Below are positions 1 through 11,463 of a stretch of 64,000 bases of DNA, one piece after another. The DNA comes from an uncultured delta proteobacterium (GTDB lineage Bacteria > Desulfobacterota > Binatia > DP-6), in NCBI GenBank assembly GCA_963815115.1, contig CAWFFN010000005.1, forward strand, positions 1,376,001 to 1,440,000. Reading direction: 5' to 3'. A program made the position numbers and the translations under genes. The notes below the pieces were generated by a model. It was not told the origin of the DNA. It made no database searches and was given only the letters and a program-made list of their open reading frames with translations. Numbering within the stretch: position 1 is the stretch's first letter; each line of letters begins with the position of its first letter.

Positions 1-330
1 AACGCACGACCATCCGGCGCGACCGGCTGAAGCGGACCGCAACGCCCGCGTAGCGCGGCCGTTGCCCACGCCACTGCGCACCGCACTCGAGGACGAGCAC
101 GTGACCCGGGTCGTCTCCTGAGCCACGAGCTCAGATAGCTGTTTGGGGCCGAGCTCTCCTCAGTGCAACGTGGGCCGCGCCCGCGACCCCGAATGGACGC
201 TTGGTGAGTGCCGGCGCAGCGGACACACGTATCGGGACGATCCCGAGGCGGAGACTCACTCAACCCTCACGACGAGCGGCAGAACGATCAACAGACGGCG
301 ACGTCGATGCCCCCCTGGACAGCCCGTCTT

Positions 331-415
331 CATGGGCGCGATGAACGGGGTTTTGCGAAGGTTTACGGAACGCCCCATCCCGGGCCATCGCCGCATTTTC
401 GCCCGCTCCGTAACA
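331..415 (-). repeat. oriIS-like mini-element copy A (ori end degenerate: CATGG for GATAG)
   Basis: Near-identical to the 85-bp unit at 17809, 21555, 24728, 26434 and 42994; ends ...GCTCCGTAACA. Confidence 0.9.
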
Positions 416-751
416 AGGCCGACGATACGCTTCGGGAGATCACCGCGTTCCTGGAGCAGTATCGCCGCGCCACCGAGGCTCACGATGTCGACGACCTCGC
501 CGCCATGTACACGTCGTTCTCTCCAGCGCAGCACGCGGCGCTCGAACGCTACTTCGCCGGCGTGCGAGACCTCCGGATCGGGATCGATTCACGTGGAGGC
601 CGCCGTGGTCGGCGAGGAAGCCGTGGTCAGCTACACGCGGACGGACGACTTCGTCGACGTCCAGACGGGGCGACCAGGGCACGTGTCGGTGCGGCTGACG
701 AAGACGCTGCGGCAGGTGAACGGGCGGTGGCTGTTCGCGTCGGCACGGTGA
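416..751 (+). pseudogene. C-terminal fragment of an NTF2/SnoaL-like domain protein, 5'-truncated by copy A, one frameshift
   Basis: ...FLEQYRRATEAHDVDDLAAMY... then ...EAVVSYTRTDDF...RLTKTLRQVNGRWLF* in two frames; starts at the repeat end. Confidence 0.5.
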
Positions 752-823
752 GGGTCATTGTTCGCGGACCGGGACCAGGCTGATCGGAGGCACGGCGGCA
801 TCCGTAGAGTCGGGCGTCGGCCC

Positions 824-1129
824 TCAGGAAGCAGGTCCCAGCGGTTTCCGCTTCGTGTGGCGCACCGTCAGGAGGAAGACGGTCTCTTTCTCCACGCTGA
901 ACAGAACGCGGTGCTCACGGCAGAGGAGCTGTCGGACCTCGACCCCGAACGCTTCAGATTCGGCCTCGGCTACCGGACAGCGACGGGGGAGAGTCTCCAA
1001 TCTCTCGATCGCCGCAAGGATGTCTGTGTGCCAGACATCCGCCCCCTGCGGCGAGCGCTTCTTGTACCACGCATACGCTCGGTCAATGTCTCGCTCGGCC
1101 CGTCGTGTGACCTCGACGCCGAACCTCAT
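824..1129 (-). CDS. RelE/ParE family type II toxin
   Basis: 101 aa, VEVTRRAERDI...LETLPRRCP...HRVLFSV...VRH; overlaps the antitoxin stop codon. Confidence 0.85.
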   Translation of the reverse strand: MRFGVEVTRRAERDIDRAYAWYKKRSPQGADVWHTDILAAIERLETLPRRCPVAEAESEAFGVEVRQLLCREHRVLFSVEKETVFLLTVRHTKRKPLGPAS

Positions 1130-1425
1130 GCGCTCCTGGGCAGCTTGTGCTTTCGGCGCATCTGCTCCAGAAAAGCCCGAGCAGGCTTCGTGCGGCCATG
1201 CTTCGCATCCTCAAGACCCTCGGCGACGGCGGAGAGGGTCTCGGCCTGATCAACTATGGCCATGATCCGCTCATAGCTGTCAGCGTCCATGACGACGGCC
1301 TTTGCCCGGCCGTTGAGCGTGAGGACGAGGGGACGCTTTGACCGCTCCAGGCGCTTGAGGTGATCCTTGGTGTTTCGTTGAAAGTCAGTGACGGGGAAGA
1401 TGTCGGAGAGCTGTACCATGTGCAC
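1126..1425 (-). CDS. Phd/YefM family antitoxin
   Basis: DIFPVTDFQRN...RPLVLTLNGRAKAVVMD..YE pattern, upstream of the toxin. Confidence 0.85.
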   Translation of the reverse strand: MHMVQLSDIFPVTDFQRNTKDHLKRLERSKRPLVLTLNGRAKAVVMDADSYERIMAIVDQAETLSAVAEGLEDAKHGRTKPARAFLEQMRRKHKLPRSA

Positions 1426-1617
1426 CTCAGCAGGGAATTATCAGGTTTAAACTCGATACAGCGATCGGCTCTGGGCGTCAAGGCCGATAGATGGGGTGAA
1501 GCGGCTGGCGAGGTATGACCGGAAGTTGTGGATCGTGGAGTCCGTGACCCCGGCGGCGTATCCTCCCGCCTGATCGACCGCCGGCCCGTGGTGCGCGGAG
1601 GGAGGGAGGCGGCACGC

Positions 1618-2891
1618 ATGCTGAAGGTCGTCGGCACCGAGACGGCGTAGGACGAGGGAGACGGGCGATCGCTGCTCGACGAGATCGCCCGTGAGGGAGC
1701 CCGCCGGATGCTCGTGGCGGCGCTGGAGACCGAGGTCACCGCGTATCTGGAGGCGCACCGCGAGGAACACGATGCCGAGGGTCACGCCTTGGTCGTCCGC
1801 AATGGCAAGGGTCGCACCCGGAAGGTGACCGTCGGGGCCGGGACGATCCCGGTGAGCGCGCCCCGCGTGAATGATCGGCGGACCGACCAAGACGGCGAGC
1901 GACGCCGATTCACGAGCCGCATCCTGCCGCCGTACATGCGCCGCTCCCCGAAGGTGGCCGAGGTCTTGCCCGTGCTCTACCTGCGGGGCCTCTCCACCGG
2001 CGACTTCCGCGAGGCACTGGCGGCGCTGCTCGGGGACGATGCGGCCGGGTTGTCCGCCACAACATCGCGCGGCTGACCAACGAGTGGGAGGTCGAGTACC
2101 GCGCGTTCCAGAAGCGGAGCCTCGCGGACCGCGACCACGTCTACGTGTGGGTCGATGGCGTCCACTTCAACGTCCGGCTGGAGGACGACCGCCTCTGCAC
2201 GCTCGTGATGATCGGCGTGCGGCCCGACGGGACGAAAGAGCTGATCACGGTCGAGGACGGCTACCGGGAGAGCGCCGAGAGCTGGAAGACCGTGCTCCGG
2301 GACCTGAAGCGCCGAGGCATGCGCCCGCCCGTTGTCGCCGTGGGCGACGGTGCCCTTGGGTTCTGGGCGGCGGTGCGGGACGTGTGGCCGAAGACCCGTG
2401 AGCAGCGGGACTGGTTTCACAAACTCGGCAACATCCTCGACAAACTCCCGAAGCGGCTCCAGCCGCGCGTGAAGGCCGCGCTCCACGAGATGATGTACGC
2501 CGAGACCCGTGACCAGGCGCGCGAAGCCGCGCAGCGGTTCGCCACCGACTAAGGTCCCAAGTATCCGAAGGCCGTCACGACCCTGGAGAAGGACGCCGAC
2601 GTGCTGCTCACGTTCTTCGACTTCCCCGCCGAGCACTGGAAGCACTTGCGGACGTCGAATGTGATCGAGTCGCCGTTCGCGACGGTGCGGCTGCGCCAGC
2701 GCGTGACGAAGGGCGCCGGCTCGCGCACGAAGGGCCTCTTGATGGCCTACAAGCTCCTGGACATGGCGCGGGCCCGATGGCGGCGGCTCGACGGGGCTCA
2801 CCTCCTGCCGCTCGTCGGAGCCGGCATCGTTTTCGTCGACGGGGAGCAGCAGCCACGCCAGGGCAGCAAGACGCGAGCGAGGGCCGCGTGA
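1618..2891 (+). pseudogene. IS256-family transposase with stops and a frameshift
   Basis: RNGKGRTR, LYLRGLSTGDF, VWVDG, DGALGFW, HLRTSNVIES motifs split over three ORFs. Confidence 0.9.
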
Positions 2892-2965
2892 TGGGCAGGT
2901 CCTCCGGATCAGCCCCCACCTCACCTTTCGCCGTTTCGTTGAAGCGGTAGAGGGGAAGTACTCCC

Positions 2966-3445
2966 ATGGTGACATGGCACGAGTTCGTTGTCGCCGAGCC
3001 CGAACTGGCCGAAGCAGGCCGCTCGCTGCTCTTTCAGTTTGGCGTCGGGCTGGCTTTTCTCGCTACCGTGCGAAAAGACGGCGCCCCACGCCTTCATCCC
3101 CTGTGCCCCGTCGTGTCGAACGACCGCCTGTTTGTTCTGATCACTCCGACGTCCCCCAAGCGCTATGACCTGTTGCGGGATGGCAGGTACGCGCTTCAGA
3201 CGTTCCCCCAACCGAAGCCTGGCAGCGACGAGTTCTACATCGCCGGCAAGGCATTCCGCGTTGACGATCCAGCGGCGCGCGCGGGAATACTTCGAGACGC
3301 GAAGCACATGGCGAACGCGGCGGAAATCCCCTTCGAGCTGTGGATTGATCGCGTCATGTTGACGAGGTGGGAAGACGTGCTGACCCCGCAGATGCGCTCC
3401 GTGCACCGGAAGTGGTGCGCACCGAGTGATCCAAGCGTCGTTTAG
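2966..3445 (+). CDS. Pyridoxamine 5'-phosphate oxidase-like (split-barrel flavin-binding) protein
   Basis: AFLATVRKDGAPRLHP...SPKRYDLLRDGRYAL motif. Confidence 0.75.
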   Translation: MVTWHEFVVAEPELAEAGRSLLFQFGVGLAFLATVRKDGAPRLHPLCPVVSNDRLFVLITPTSPKRYDLLRDGRYALQTFPQPKPGSDEFYIAGKAFRVDDPAARAGILRDAKHMANAAEIPFELWIDRVMLTRWEDVLTPQMRSVHRKWCAPSDPSVV

Positions 3446-3448
3446 TCG

Positions 3449-4105
3449 ATGCCGCTGCCACCACATGCCGCTGGTCTCGGGCTCGAGGTGCATACGGGGC
3501 GGGCCGTCGTGGTCATTCTCGTGGGGACGTTCCAGACGCCGGAGATCGTACTCCGCAACGAGATCGACTTGGCCGACCCGTGGATTCGAGAGTCCATGCA
3601 CCCGTACCACCAGGAGCTCGGAGAGAGCGGCTCCGCAGGTGAACAAGCGCGGCGACGCGGCTGCGAGGCGGCCCGAAGGGTATCCCGCCAAGTCATTCGA
3701 GCGTTGGTGAACGAAATGCGACGTCACGGTCTCGAACCATCCACGGCGACCGTCGTCGCTCGGAGTCTTGCCGACCCCGCACGGATAGGCGGCGCGCACG
3801 CGCGAGCGCATGCAGAAGAGCGTAAGCTCTACCGCGAAGCGGTCGAGGCTGCGCTGCGCGGTTGCGGTCTTGAAGTCGTCACTCTTGTCGAGAACACCCT
3901 GCGCGCAGCGGCCACGAAACGACTCGGACGCTGTACGCGAGACCTCAACGCCGCACTCAAAGCGTTCTCGCATACGGTCGGGACGCCGTGGCGGGCACCC
4001 GAAAAGAACGCCGCTCTGGCCGCGTGGCTGGCGCTATCGAGGTCACACGGCCGCACGCACGACGACGCTCCGCCGCACCAACGTCCAAGACGGAGAGAAT
4101 CTTAG
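3449..4105 (+). CDS. Hypothetical protein (RNase H-like start GLEVHTGRAVVV)
   Basis: 218-aa ORF directly after the PPOX-like gene, inside the IS256 unit. Confidence 0.6.
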   Translation: MPLPPHAAGLGLEVHTGRAVVVILVGTFQTPEIVLRNEIDLADPWIRESMHPYHQELGESGSAGEQARRRGCEAARRVSRQVIRALVNEMRRHGLEPSTATVVARSLADPARIGGAHARAHAEERKLYREAVEAALRGCGLEVVTLVENTLRAAATKRLGRCTRDLNAALKAFSHTVGTPWRAPEKNAALAAWLALSRSHGRTHDDAPPHQRPRRRES

Positions 4106-4293
4106 CTGCAACAGCGTCACCTGTCGCGCTGACGGATTGGCCCCAAGGCTGAGGCTACGCGTGCCGCACCGAGCGACCACGACCCAATCCACACCTTTTG
4201 ACAATTCCTCGCGGCTGGCCTCCACTCGCACGTGGTAGCCTGAGCCCCACAACGCTCAACGCGGTCGATGCCGCAGCGAAGAGGAGGCCAGCC

Positions 4294-5199
4294 GTGGAAC
4301 ATATTGGCATGGACGTGCACAAGCAGGAAACCCAGGTCTGTATCGAGGACGCCACCGGCACCGTCGTGCTCGAGCAACGGATCCGCACGACGCCCGAGCG
4401 GTGCACCGCCCTGCTGGGCGGGCGGCCGCAGGCGCGCATCCTGCTCGAGGCCGCGACCGAGAGTGAGTGGGTGGCCCAGCACCTCGAGACGCTCGGCCAC
4501 GAGGTGATCGTGGCCGCCCCGAACTACGCGGCGATGTACGCGACGCGGTCGCGGCGGGTGAAGACGGACCGCCGGGACGCCCGCACGCTGGCCGACGCGT
4601 GTCGGTTGGGGGCCTATCACCCCGCGCACCGGACGTCGGCCGCGCAGCGCGAGGTCCGCGCGGAGCTCACGGTGCGGGAGGCGCTGGTCCGGACCCGGAC
4701 GCGCTACCTGAGTGTGATCCGGGCGCTGCTGCGGCGCGAGGGGATGCGGGTGCCGAGCGGGGGCGCGGCGGCCTTCGGGCGGCGGCTGGCGGCGGTCACG
4801 CTGCCGCCGGCCCAGCAGGCGCTGATCGCGCCCCTGGTGGCGTTGCTTGAGCCGCTCAACGCCGCGATGGCCGCGGCGGACGCGCGCGGCCTCCGCAAAG
4901 GGGCGCCGGGGCTCAAGCCCGTGCTCATTCAGGGCGCCTGGGCCGCAGTGCGGGGCCGCGAGGGGTACCTGCGCGCCCAGTTCCTCCGCCTCAAGCCGCG
5001 GCGCGGGCCGATGAAGGCCATCGTCGCGGTGGCCGCCTCCATGCTCACCGCCGCCTACTACATCCTGCGCGACGGCCAAGACTATCACGACCTCGGGGCC
5101 GATCACTTCCGGCGCGGCGACCACGCCCGCCTCGTCGCTGGGCTCACCCGCCGCCTGCACCACCTCGGTTATGAGGTTACCCTCCGCCCCGCCGCCTGA
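4294..5199 (+). pseudogene. IS110-family recombinase, internally deleted or chimeric; its left end is interrupted by the IS256 unit
   Basis: HIGMDVH, LEA, KTDRRDA (DEDD domain) joined directly to ...KAIVAVA.. C-terminus; the catalytic-Ser region is missing; non-coding left end is 1487-1509 plus 4220-4293, with the IR CGGCTGGCCTCC/GGAGGCCAGCCG. Confidence 0.85.
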
Positions 5200-5616
5200 G
5201 GTCGCCGGCGGTGCGAGTTACTTGGTAGTCCGGGCGTCGTCGGCCAGCAGCCCACGCTCGCGCGCGGTGAAGCGCATCGCTACACCAGCGGCGCGGTGCT
5301 CGCGACACCTTTCGGCACGATGGAAGGCACCTACGAGATGCACACCGAGGGCGGCCGCGTCTTCCAGGCCCGCATCCCCCGCTTCTCGCTCCAGGTGCCC
5401 GGCATCCTCCAGTAGCTCGCTCGTGCCAGCTCGCGAGTCGGCGACGCTATCGCACCTGCGATGATTCATCCGGCGGAGCCTCCGGCGACCGACGGACCAA
5501 CCGGTTGCGGCTGATCGATGCGTCAGCGAGCCGTCACGAGCGTCCTCTCCCCTTGACCCGACCGACGATGTAGATAACAACCTGACTTGGTCGGGGGCGA
5601 CAAGGAGGGCGTGATC

Positions 5617-5874
5617 ATGAGAACGCTCGTCGTCGCACTCACCTTCGCCGCGGTGTGCCTTGCCATGCCCGGGCGTACCGCGGCGGGAGGGCTTCCCGAG
5701 GGAAGCCCGTGCATGTTCAACCGCGACTGCCTGTCGGGCAAATGCCGGGGCGGCGCGAACAAGCACTGCCAGGGGCCGGCGCTCCTGCCGGGGGGCTCAC
5801 CGTGCAAGTTCAACGCACAGTGCGCCTCGGGCAAGTGCCGCGGCGGCGCCAACAAGCACTGTCAGGGCGACTGA
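5617..5874 (+). CDS. Small secreted Cys-rich protein with two tandem ~32-aa repeats
   Basis: AAGGAGG RBS, signal-like N-terminus, 2x (LPxGSPCxFNxxCxSGKCRGGANKHCQG). Confidence 0.75.
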   Translation: MRTLVVALTFAAVCLAMPGRTAAGGLPEGSPCMFNRDCLSGKCRGGANKHCQGPALLPGGSPCKFNAQCASGKCRGGANKHCQGD

Positions 5875-5946
5875 TCGCCGGGAACCGGAGCCGGGCCGCC
5901 CGGCTCCGGCGATCCGCTTCGCGTGCTTGCACGCGGGATATGCGCG

Positions 5947-7525
5947 TCACTTGCGCTCGACCTTGATGTCGTGGACCTTGATGAGTTCGTGGAGATACCC
6001 TCGGGTGACGTCGAGCAGCCGCGCGGCCTCCGACACGTTCCCGTTCGTGCGCTCGAGCGTATCCCGAATCACCCTGGCCTGGCACTCCTGCATGGCCTCC
6101 TGGTAGGTCGGGGCTCGATCCGGCGTCGGCGCGCTAGCCGGCGTGCTCGGGAAAAGGTGCCTGCGCTCGACCTGCATGGCGCCCTCGTACCTCGCGCGCT
6201 CCACGGCGACCTCGATTCGGTGCTCGAGCTCGCGCACGTTGCCCGGCCACTTCGCGGTCTCGATCGCGCGCAGGGCGTCTCGTGACAGCTGGCGCGGCGC
6301 GAGCCCCTCAGTGCACCACGCCCGGCGCAGAGGCCTTCCGCCAGATGCCGGATGTCCCTCCCCCGCTCTTCCAGCGGTGGCAGGCGAATGGTGACGACGT
6401 CGAGACGGAAGAGCAGATACTGACGGAACTGTCCCTTCTCGACGGCAGCCTGGAGATCGACATGGCTTCCGGCGATGACCCGGATGTCGGCCTGGACCGG
6501 CGTCGTCTGGCCCAGGGGGTAGTAGCGCTTGCACTGCAGGAGCTGCAGCAACGCCGCCTGCCCGGAGAGGCACAGGCTGTCGATGTCGTCCAGGAAAAGG
6601 GTCCCATGCTCGGCGGCTGCCACGAGACCCGACCTGTCGCGATCGGCTCCGGTGAACGCACCCTTCGTGTAGCCAAAGAGCAGGTTCTCGACCAGGGTCT
6701 CCGTGAGGGTCTTGCAGCTGATCTCCACGAACCGATGCTTCGCGCGCGGGCTGTTCTCGTGGATGACGCATGCGATCTGCGTCTTCCCGGTGCCGCTCTG
6801 TCCCGTCAGGAGCACCGTCTTGGCCGACCGCCCGGCGATGGCGACCTCGCGAAAGACCGCTGCCATCGCCTCGCTGCGACCGATGACGTTGTCGAGCTTG
6901 AGCTGCGCCCGCAGCGCACGCGTCGGGTCGTCACCGTCGTCGAGACGCTCCTGCAGCAGCAGACGGTCGACCACCGGCGCCAGGTGACGCGCCACGAGCT
7001 CGACGCACTCCCGATGGTGCAATGCGAAGGACCCAGCCGACATGCGCCCAGCCAGATACAGCACGCCACGTGGCGGATCGCTGCCGATGGGCGCACAGAG
7101 CGCCGCATCGAGGCGCGCGCGACATACGCTCTCGCGCGCGTTGAAGCGCGGGTCGTCGAGCGCGGACTTCGTGCAGACCGTCTCGCCCGTGGCCAGCGCC
7201 TCGGCGATGATGCCGCGAGAGCGGGTGGCGCGCACGTCGGCGACCTGGTCGGGGGAGAGGGCGTGCGCGATGGACCAGCGCGGCTGTCCCGGCATGTCGT
7301 CGTCGTGCTGCAGCTCGAGGTAGCCCCGCGTGCCCCGGTGATCTCGACCACGAGCGCGAGCGCCTCGCGCAGAAACGGCGGCAGGTCATGCTGCTGCCCG
7401 AGCTCGAGGAGTCGGAGATACAGATCGCGCTCGCGCCGGACGATGCCGTCGGCATCGGTGTCGCATCCCGCGCCCGGAAATCCCTCGAGGCCCGACATCC
7501 CGGTCAATGTGCCTGACATAGACAT
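5947..7525 (-). pseudogene. GAF + sigma-54 AAA+ + Fis-HTH transcriptional activator, frameshifted
   Basis: GQSGTGKT, LFGYTKGAFTGA, WPGNVREL, GNVSEAARLL motifs in three frames. Confidence 0.85.
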
Positions 7526-7699
7526 CCTTTCCTCTTGATTGCGCGCATGAGGAGTAGAGCAGAGCCCACACCGGGACGCAAGAATCGGGGCGGCCGAAAA
7601 ACGCCGTGGAGAGGCACTTCCGCGCGTGAAGTGTCTGGTCGTGCGGACACCGCACGCGCGTTCTGTCCGCCGCGGCGGACGGTCAGGGGTCCTGCGTCG

Positions 7700-7996
7700 T
7701 GCCGTTACTCGACGACGATGCAGCGGACGGCGGGCAAGCCGCGCGCCGCCAGCTCCCAGCTGCCGCCGGCATCCTCGGAGCGGAACATGCGCCCGTCCGC
7801 GGTGCCGAAGACCACACGAGCCCCCTGCGCAGCGAGGCAACCCGTGTCGATGTTGCCGTCGAACCACTCCGGCAGGCCACGGCGACAGCGCTCGAAATCG
7901 TCTTGGCCGTCGAGGCGTCGGCGGTAGATCGCGGCACGTGAGCTGCGGGGGCCCGAGTTCGAAGAGACCCTCTGCGGTGCCGACGAGAACGCTCAT
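7700..7996 (-). pseudogene. Internally deleted BNR/Asp-box repeat protein
   Basis: MSVLVGTAEGLF... joined to ...VFGTADGRMFRSEDAGGSWE. Confidence 0.5.
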
Positions 7997-8977
7997 GAGC
8001 GCACGCGATGATGCCCCTGGCCTGAAGCCGAGGGTAGCGAGGTGTCGCCGCAGCGTCCAGCGAGCACCGACTGACTGCGACGCTTCGGTGACTGCCTCGT
8101 CGAGCGGCCGCATCCGGGTCCGGCCGGATCGCGAGCTTCAGGGAAGCAGCTGCTCGACGGGGCTTGCGGCGCGCTTGGAGCAGACGACGAGAGGCAGGTA
8201 GCCCATCGCGAGGTTCCTCGCCCCGAGATCGCTGACGAACGCGAACCCGTGCCCGAACTGAAAGGCGCACTGGGCGATGCCGTATCCCTGATGCAGCCAC
8301 GTGCGAAGGCGAGCGTCTAGAGGTGCGCGTGGCGGAGGTCAACGCGGTCAAGCGGTTGCTCCGCGCGGCCGGGCTGGGGCCGCTCAGCACGAGCCTGAGG
8401 ACGACGGCGGCCTGGGAGCGACTGCTGGCGGCCCTCGTCGCCGAGCCCGTTCTGCACGTCACGCAGCACTACACGCTCTGGCGCTGTGCGCAGAACCAGG
8501 TCCCGGCGCCTCGGAGGTATTCGCAATAGTTGTGGATCGGGCTCCGGGGCGACGGGTCGGGGTGAGCTACGGGCCCCCCCTCTGACGCGCCACGCCATAT
8601 CCCCTTCCGTCCGATTCTCGGTCACGGTGTCCGCTTTTCTCGGCGAGGGCAGCACGCAGCATCTCCAAGGCCACACGGTGCTCGGGATCGTCGTGCGACC
8701 GGAGCCCCCTGCTCAGCGACTCCGCCGGCACTACTCGCGTGATACACTGCAGCCCTTCGCAGGCTAACGCCGCCGCGGAGGTTCGAGGGTTCGTGAGGGA
8801 AGACTGCGGGAACATGCAAATTTCGGCTTCCGAGTCGTCGGTGGCGTCGCGCGTTAACCTGCGAGGCCGGTCAGCGTTCGGCGAATTATACGGAACTGCC
8901 CAAATCAAGTTAGCTGGCATGCGGATCGACCATGGCAGGAGGTCCCATGACCGGAGGTTCGTTGGTGCTATTGGCGC

Positions 8978-10900
8978 ATGGATATATGCCCTGAGCTTGT
9001 CCGTGTCCGTCGGGGGCGGATGTCGATCAACGGCTCAGACGTAGCTTGGTACGGTCCGGGGAGAACGGTGGCGCGGTCGGCGTACCGCGGCATGGCCTAT
9101 TCCTCTCGCTACCTGACCATGCGTGACGGGGTGCGGATCGCGACCGACCTCTACTTGCCCGCGGGCCTCAGCGGCAGCGAGCGCCTACCCACCATTCTTC
9201 ATCAGACCCGGTACCATCGCTCGATGGAGCTGCGCTGGCCGTTGCGGCTCTTCCTGGGCGGCAAGCCGTTCGACCACACCGGCCTCTATCGCCGGCGGCG
9301 GCAGCGCTTCGTCACCAGCGGCTACGCGTGGATGGACGTCGATGTGCGCGGTTCGGGGGCGTCGTACGGAACGCGCGTCTGCGAGTGGTCACCGGACGAG
9401 GTTCGTGACGGTGCTGAGATCGTCGACTGGATTGTCCGCCAGCCGTGGTCCAGCGGCCAGGTGGGCGCGATGGGGATCTCGTACGACGGCACCGCGGCGG
9501 AGTTTTTGCTCGTCAACCGGCATCCTGCGGTGAAGGCCATTGCACCGCGGTTCGCGCTCTTCGACGCGTACACCGATATCGCCTTTCCCGGTGGGGTTCA
9601 TGCTACCTGGCTTACCGAGAACTGGGGCCGGAACAATGACGCACTCGACCGGAATGCCCCGCACGAGGTCGCTGGCTGGTGGGTGAAGCTCGTGGTGACG
9701 GGCGTTCAGCCAGTGCAAGACGACCGCCGCCGCTCGCTCCGCGCCGGGGCAATCGGCGCCCATCGTGACAACTACGACGTGCACGCACAGGCGCTCGCGT
9801 TGAACTACCGCGACGACGTGGCACCGACCGATCCATTCCATCACGACCTGGGAGTACGGATGGAGCTGATCGGGACACCGGCCGACGTGTCGGGAAGCAT
9901 CGACCTCTTCAGCCCGCACAACTACCGGCGTGACATCGAGGCGTCGGGCGCCGCCATCTACAGCTACAGCGGCTGGCTTGACGGCGGGTATCCGCACGCG
10001 GCGACCAAACGCTTCCAGAGCATTCATACGCCGGGTAGCCGGCTGATCGTGGGTCCGTGGAACCACGGCGGCGGCTGGAACATCGACCAGGTCCGGGGAC
10101 CGACGAAATCCACCTTCGACCACGACGGCGAGCTCCTGCGCTTCTTCGATCACCACCTGAAGGTCCGCGACTCCGGCATCGCGGGCGAAGCGCCCGTACG
10201 CTACTTTACGATGGTCGAGGGCCGGTGGAAATCGGCCGACACCTGGCCACCTCGAGCCGCGGCGCTTAGCTACTACCTCGGGGCCAACCGGCTCCTCAGC
10301 CCCGACCCGCCCGGCCGAGAGGACGGCGCAGACGAGTACCGGGTAGATCAGACCGCAGGCACCGGCGAGCATTCACGTTGGCGAACACAAGCCGCCATCG
10401 ATGCCGCCGTTCGCTACCCCGATCGCAACCAACAGGACGAGAAGCTGCTCGTCTTCACGTCGGCGCCCCTCAACCAACCGCTCGAGGTAACGGGCCATCC
10501 CGTGATCACCCTGTTCGTCACGTCGAGCGCGAGCGATGGGACCTTCTTCGCCTACCTCGAGGACGTCGATGCACGGGGGCATGTCTCCTACGTCACCGAG
10601 GGCCAGCTCCGCGCGATCCATCGCCGACTCAGCGGCGAGATGCCTCCGTATCAACAGGCGGTTCCGTACCGAACCTTCAAGCACGGTGATGCGCTACCGC
10701 TCGTGCGTGGTGAGGTCGCCGACCTCGTGTTCGACCTGCTGCCGACGTCGTATCTGTTCCAACCCGGGCACCGCATCCGTGTCGCCATCGCCGGGGCCGA
10801 CGCGAGCCACTTCGGCCTCCTCCCCGGCGGGCCCCCGACGGTGGCCGTACACCGTAGCCGACTGCATGCCTCACGCATCGATCTGCCGGTCGTGCGTTAG
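8978..10900 (+). CDS. CocE/NonD family hydrolase (peptidase S15)
   Basis: [28 protein letters not shown] nucleophile, GPWNHG, C-terminal [10 protein letters not shown]; start may be ~9020. Confidence 0.9.
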   Translation: MDICPELVRVRRGRMSINGSDVAWYGPGRTVARSAYRGMAYSSRYLTMRDGVRIATDLYLPAGLSGSERLPTILHQTRYHRSMELRWPLRLFLGGKPFDHTGLYRRRRQRFVTSGYAWMDVDVRGSGASYGTRVCEWSPDEVRDGAEIVDWIVRQPWSSGQVGAMGISYDGTAAEFLLVNRHPAVKAIAPRFALFDAYTDIAFPGGVHATWLTENWGRNNDALDRNAPHEVAGWWVKLVVTGVQPVQDDRRRSLRAGAIGAHRDNYDVHAQALALNYRDDVAPTDPFHHDLGVRMELIGTPADVSGSIDLFSPHNYRRDIEASGAAIYSYSGWLDGGYPHAATKRFQSIHTPGSRLIVGPWNHGGGWNIDQVRGPTKSTFDHDGELLRFFDHHLKVRDSGIAGEAPVRYFTMVEGRWKSADTWPPRAAALSYYLGANRLLSPDPPGREDGADEYRVDQTAGTGEHSRWRTQAAIDAAVRYPDRNQQDEKLLVFTSAPLNQPLEVTGHPVITLFVTSSASDGTFFAYLEDVDARGHVSYVTEGQLRAIHRRLSGEMPPYQQAVPYRTFKHGDALPLVRGEVADLVFDLLPTSYLFQPGHRIRVAIAGADASHFGLLPGGPPTVAVHRSRLHASRIDLPVVR

Positions 10901-11124
10901 GTGGCCACCAAATTGTCGTTGGACACTGCTGTGATGCGATGACTCGGAGACGACGATGCACTTCGAGCTGGTCAGCGAGATCACGGCAGTTGTCACGGTA
11001 GAGTACTCGTAAGTCCATGCTCAAGCGCAATATTCTTTGCCCATTTGAGCTGGTTCCCCTCCTGGACTGGACAGGGTACAGGACCCGAGTCTCCCATCGG
11101 AGGTGACGCGAAGGGCCATGGGCC

Positions 11125-11212
11125 GATAGGACGCAAGAAGGGGGCATTCGCCCTTCGCGCCTACCAGCCATCTGCCCCAGGCGCGTCTACTAGCCGCCGC
11201 CCTGCCGTAACG
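11125..11212 (-). repeat. Divergent oriIS-like mini-element copy B
   Basis: GGCC|GATAGGACGCAAGAAGGGG...CCCTGCCGTAAC; same length and ends as the main family, different middle. Confidence 0.6.
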
Positions 11213-11463
11213 ACGCGAATTGACGGATACAAGCGCGAGCGTTGCTCATTGGGCGCCGTCTCGGCTGACCCCGTGGTCCACGCGAACCGTATCGCGGCGG
11301 AGGGCAGCCCGTCTTCATTGCTACGGCTGTCTGCCGTAACCAGGTCGGCACGAGCACGTAGCGGGGCGTTGGTTGATTTTCGACACCGCCCTCGCTGATG
11401 GCATGACGTAACGCGCATCGGCGTAGTCGTCGCGCGAGGGGGTGCCGGCGCGGGTCAGCGCTG

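Larger units (their letters stand above)
1510..4210 (+). mobile_element. IS256-family transporter IS carrying two passenger genes
   Basis: Imperfect IRs GAGGTATGACCGGAAGTTGTGGAT / ATCCACACCTTTTGACAATTCCTC; 9-bp direct repeat GCGGCTGGC at 1501-1509 and 4211-4219. Confidence 0.85.

Noticed and set aside
1481-1509. GGCC|GATAGATGGGGTGAAG as another ori copy
   Set aside because: After removing the IS256 unit it continues into the IS110 left end; it is better explained as the IS110 junction, though the GATAG similarity may reflect target preference.
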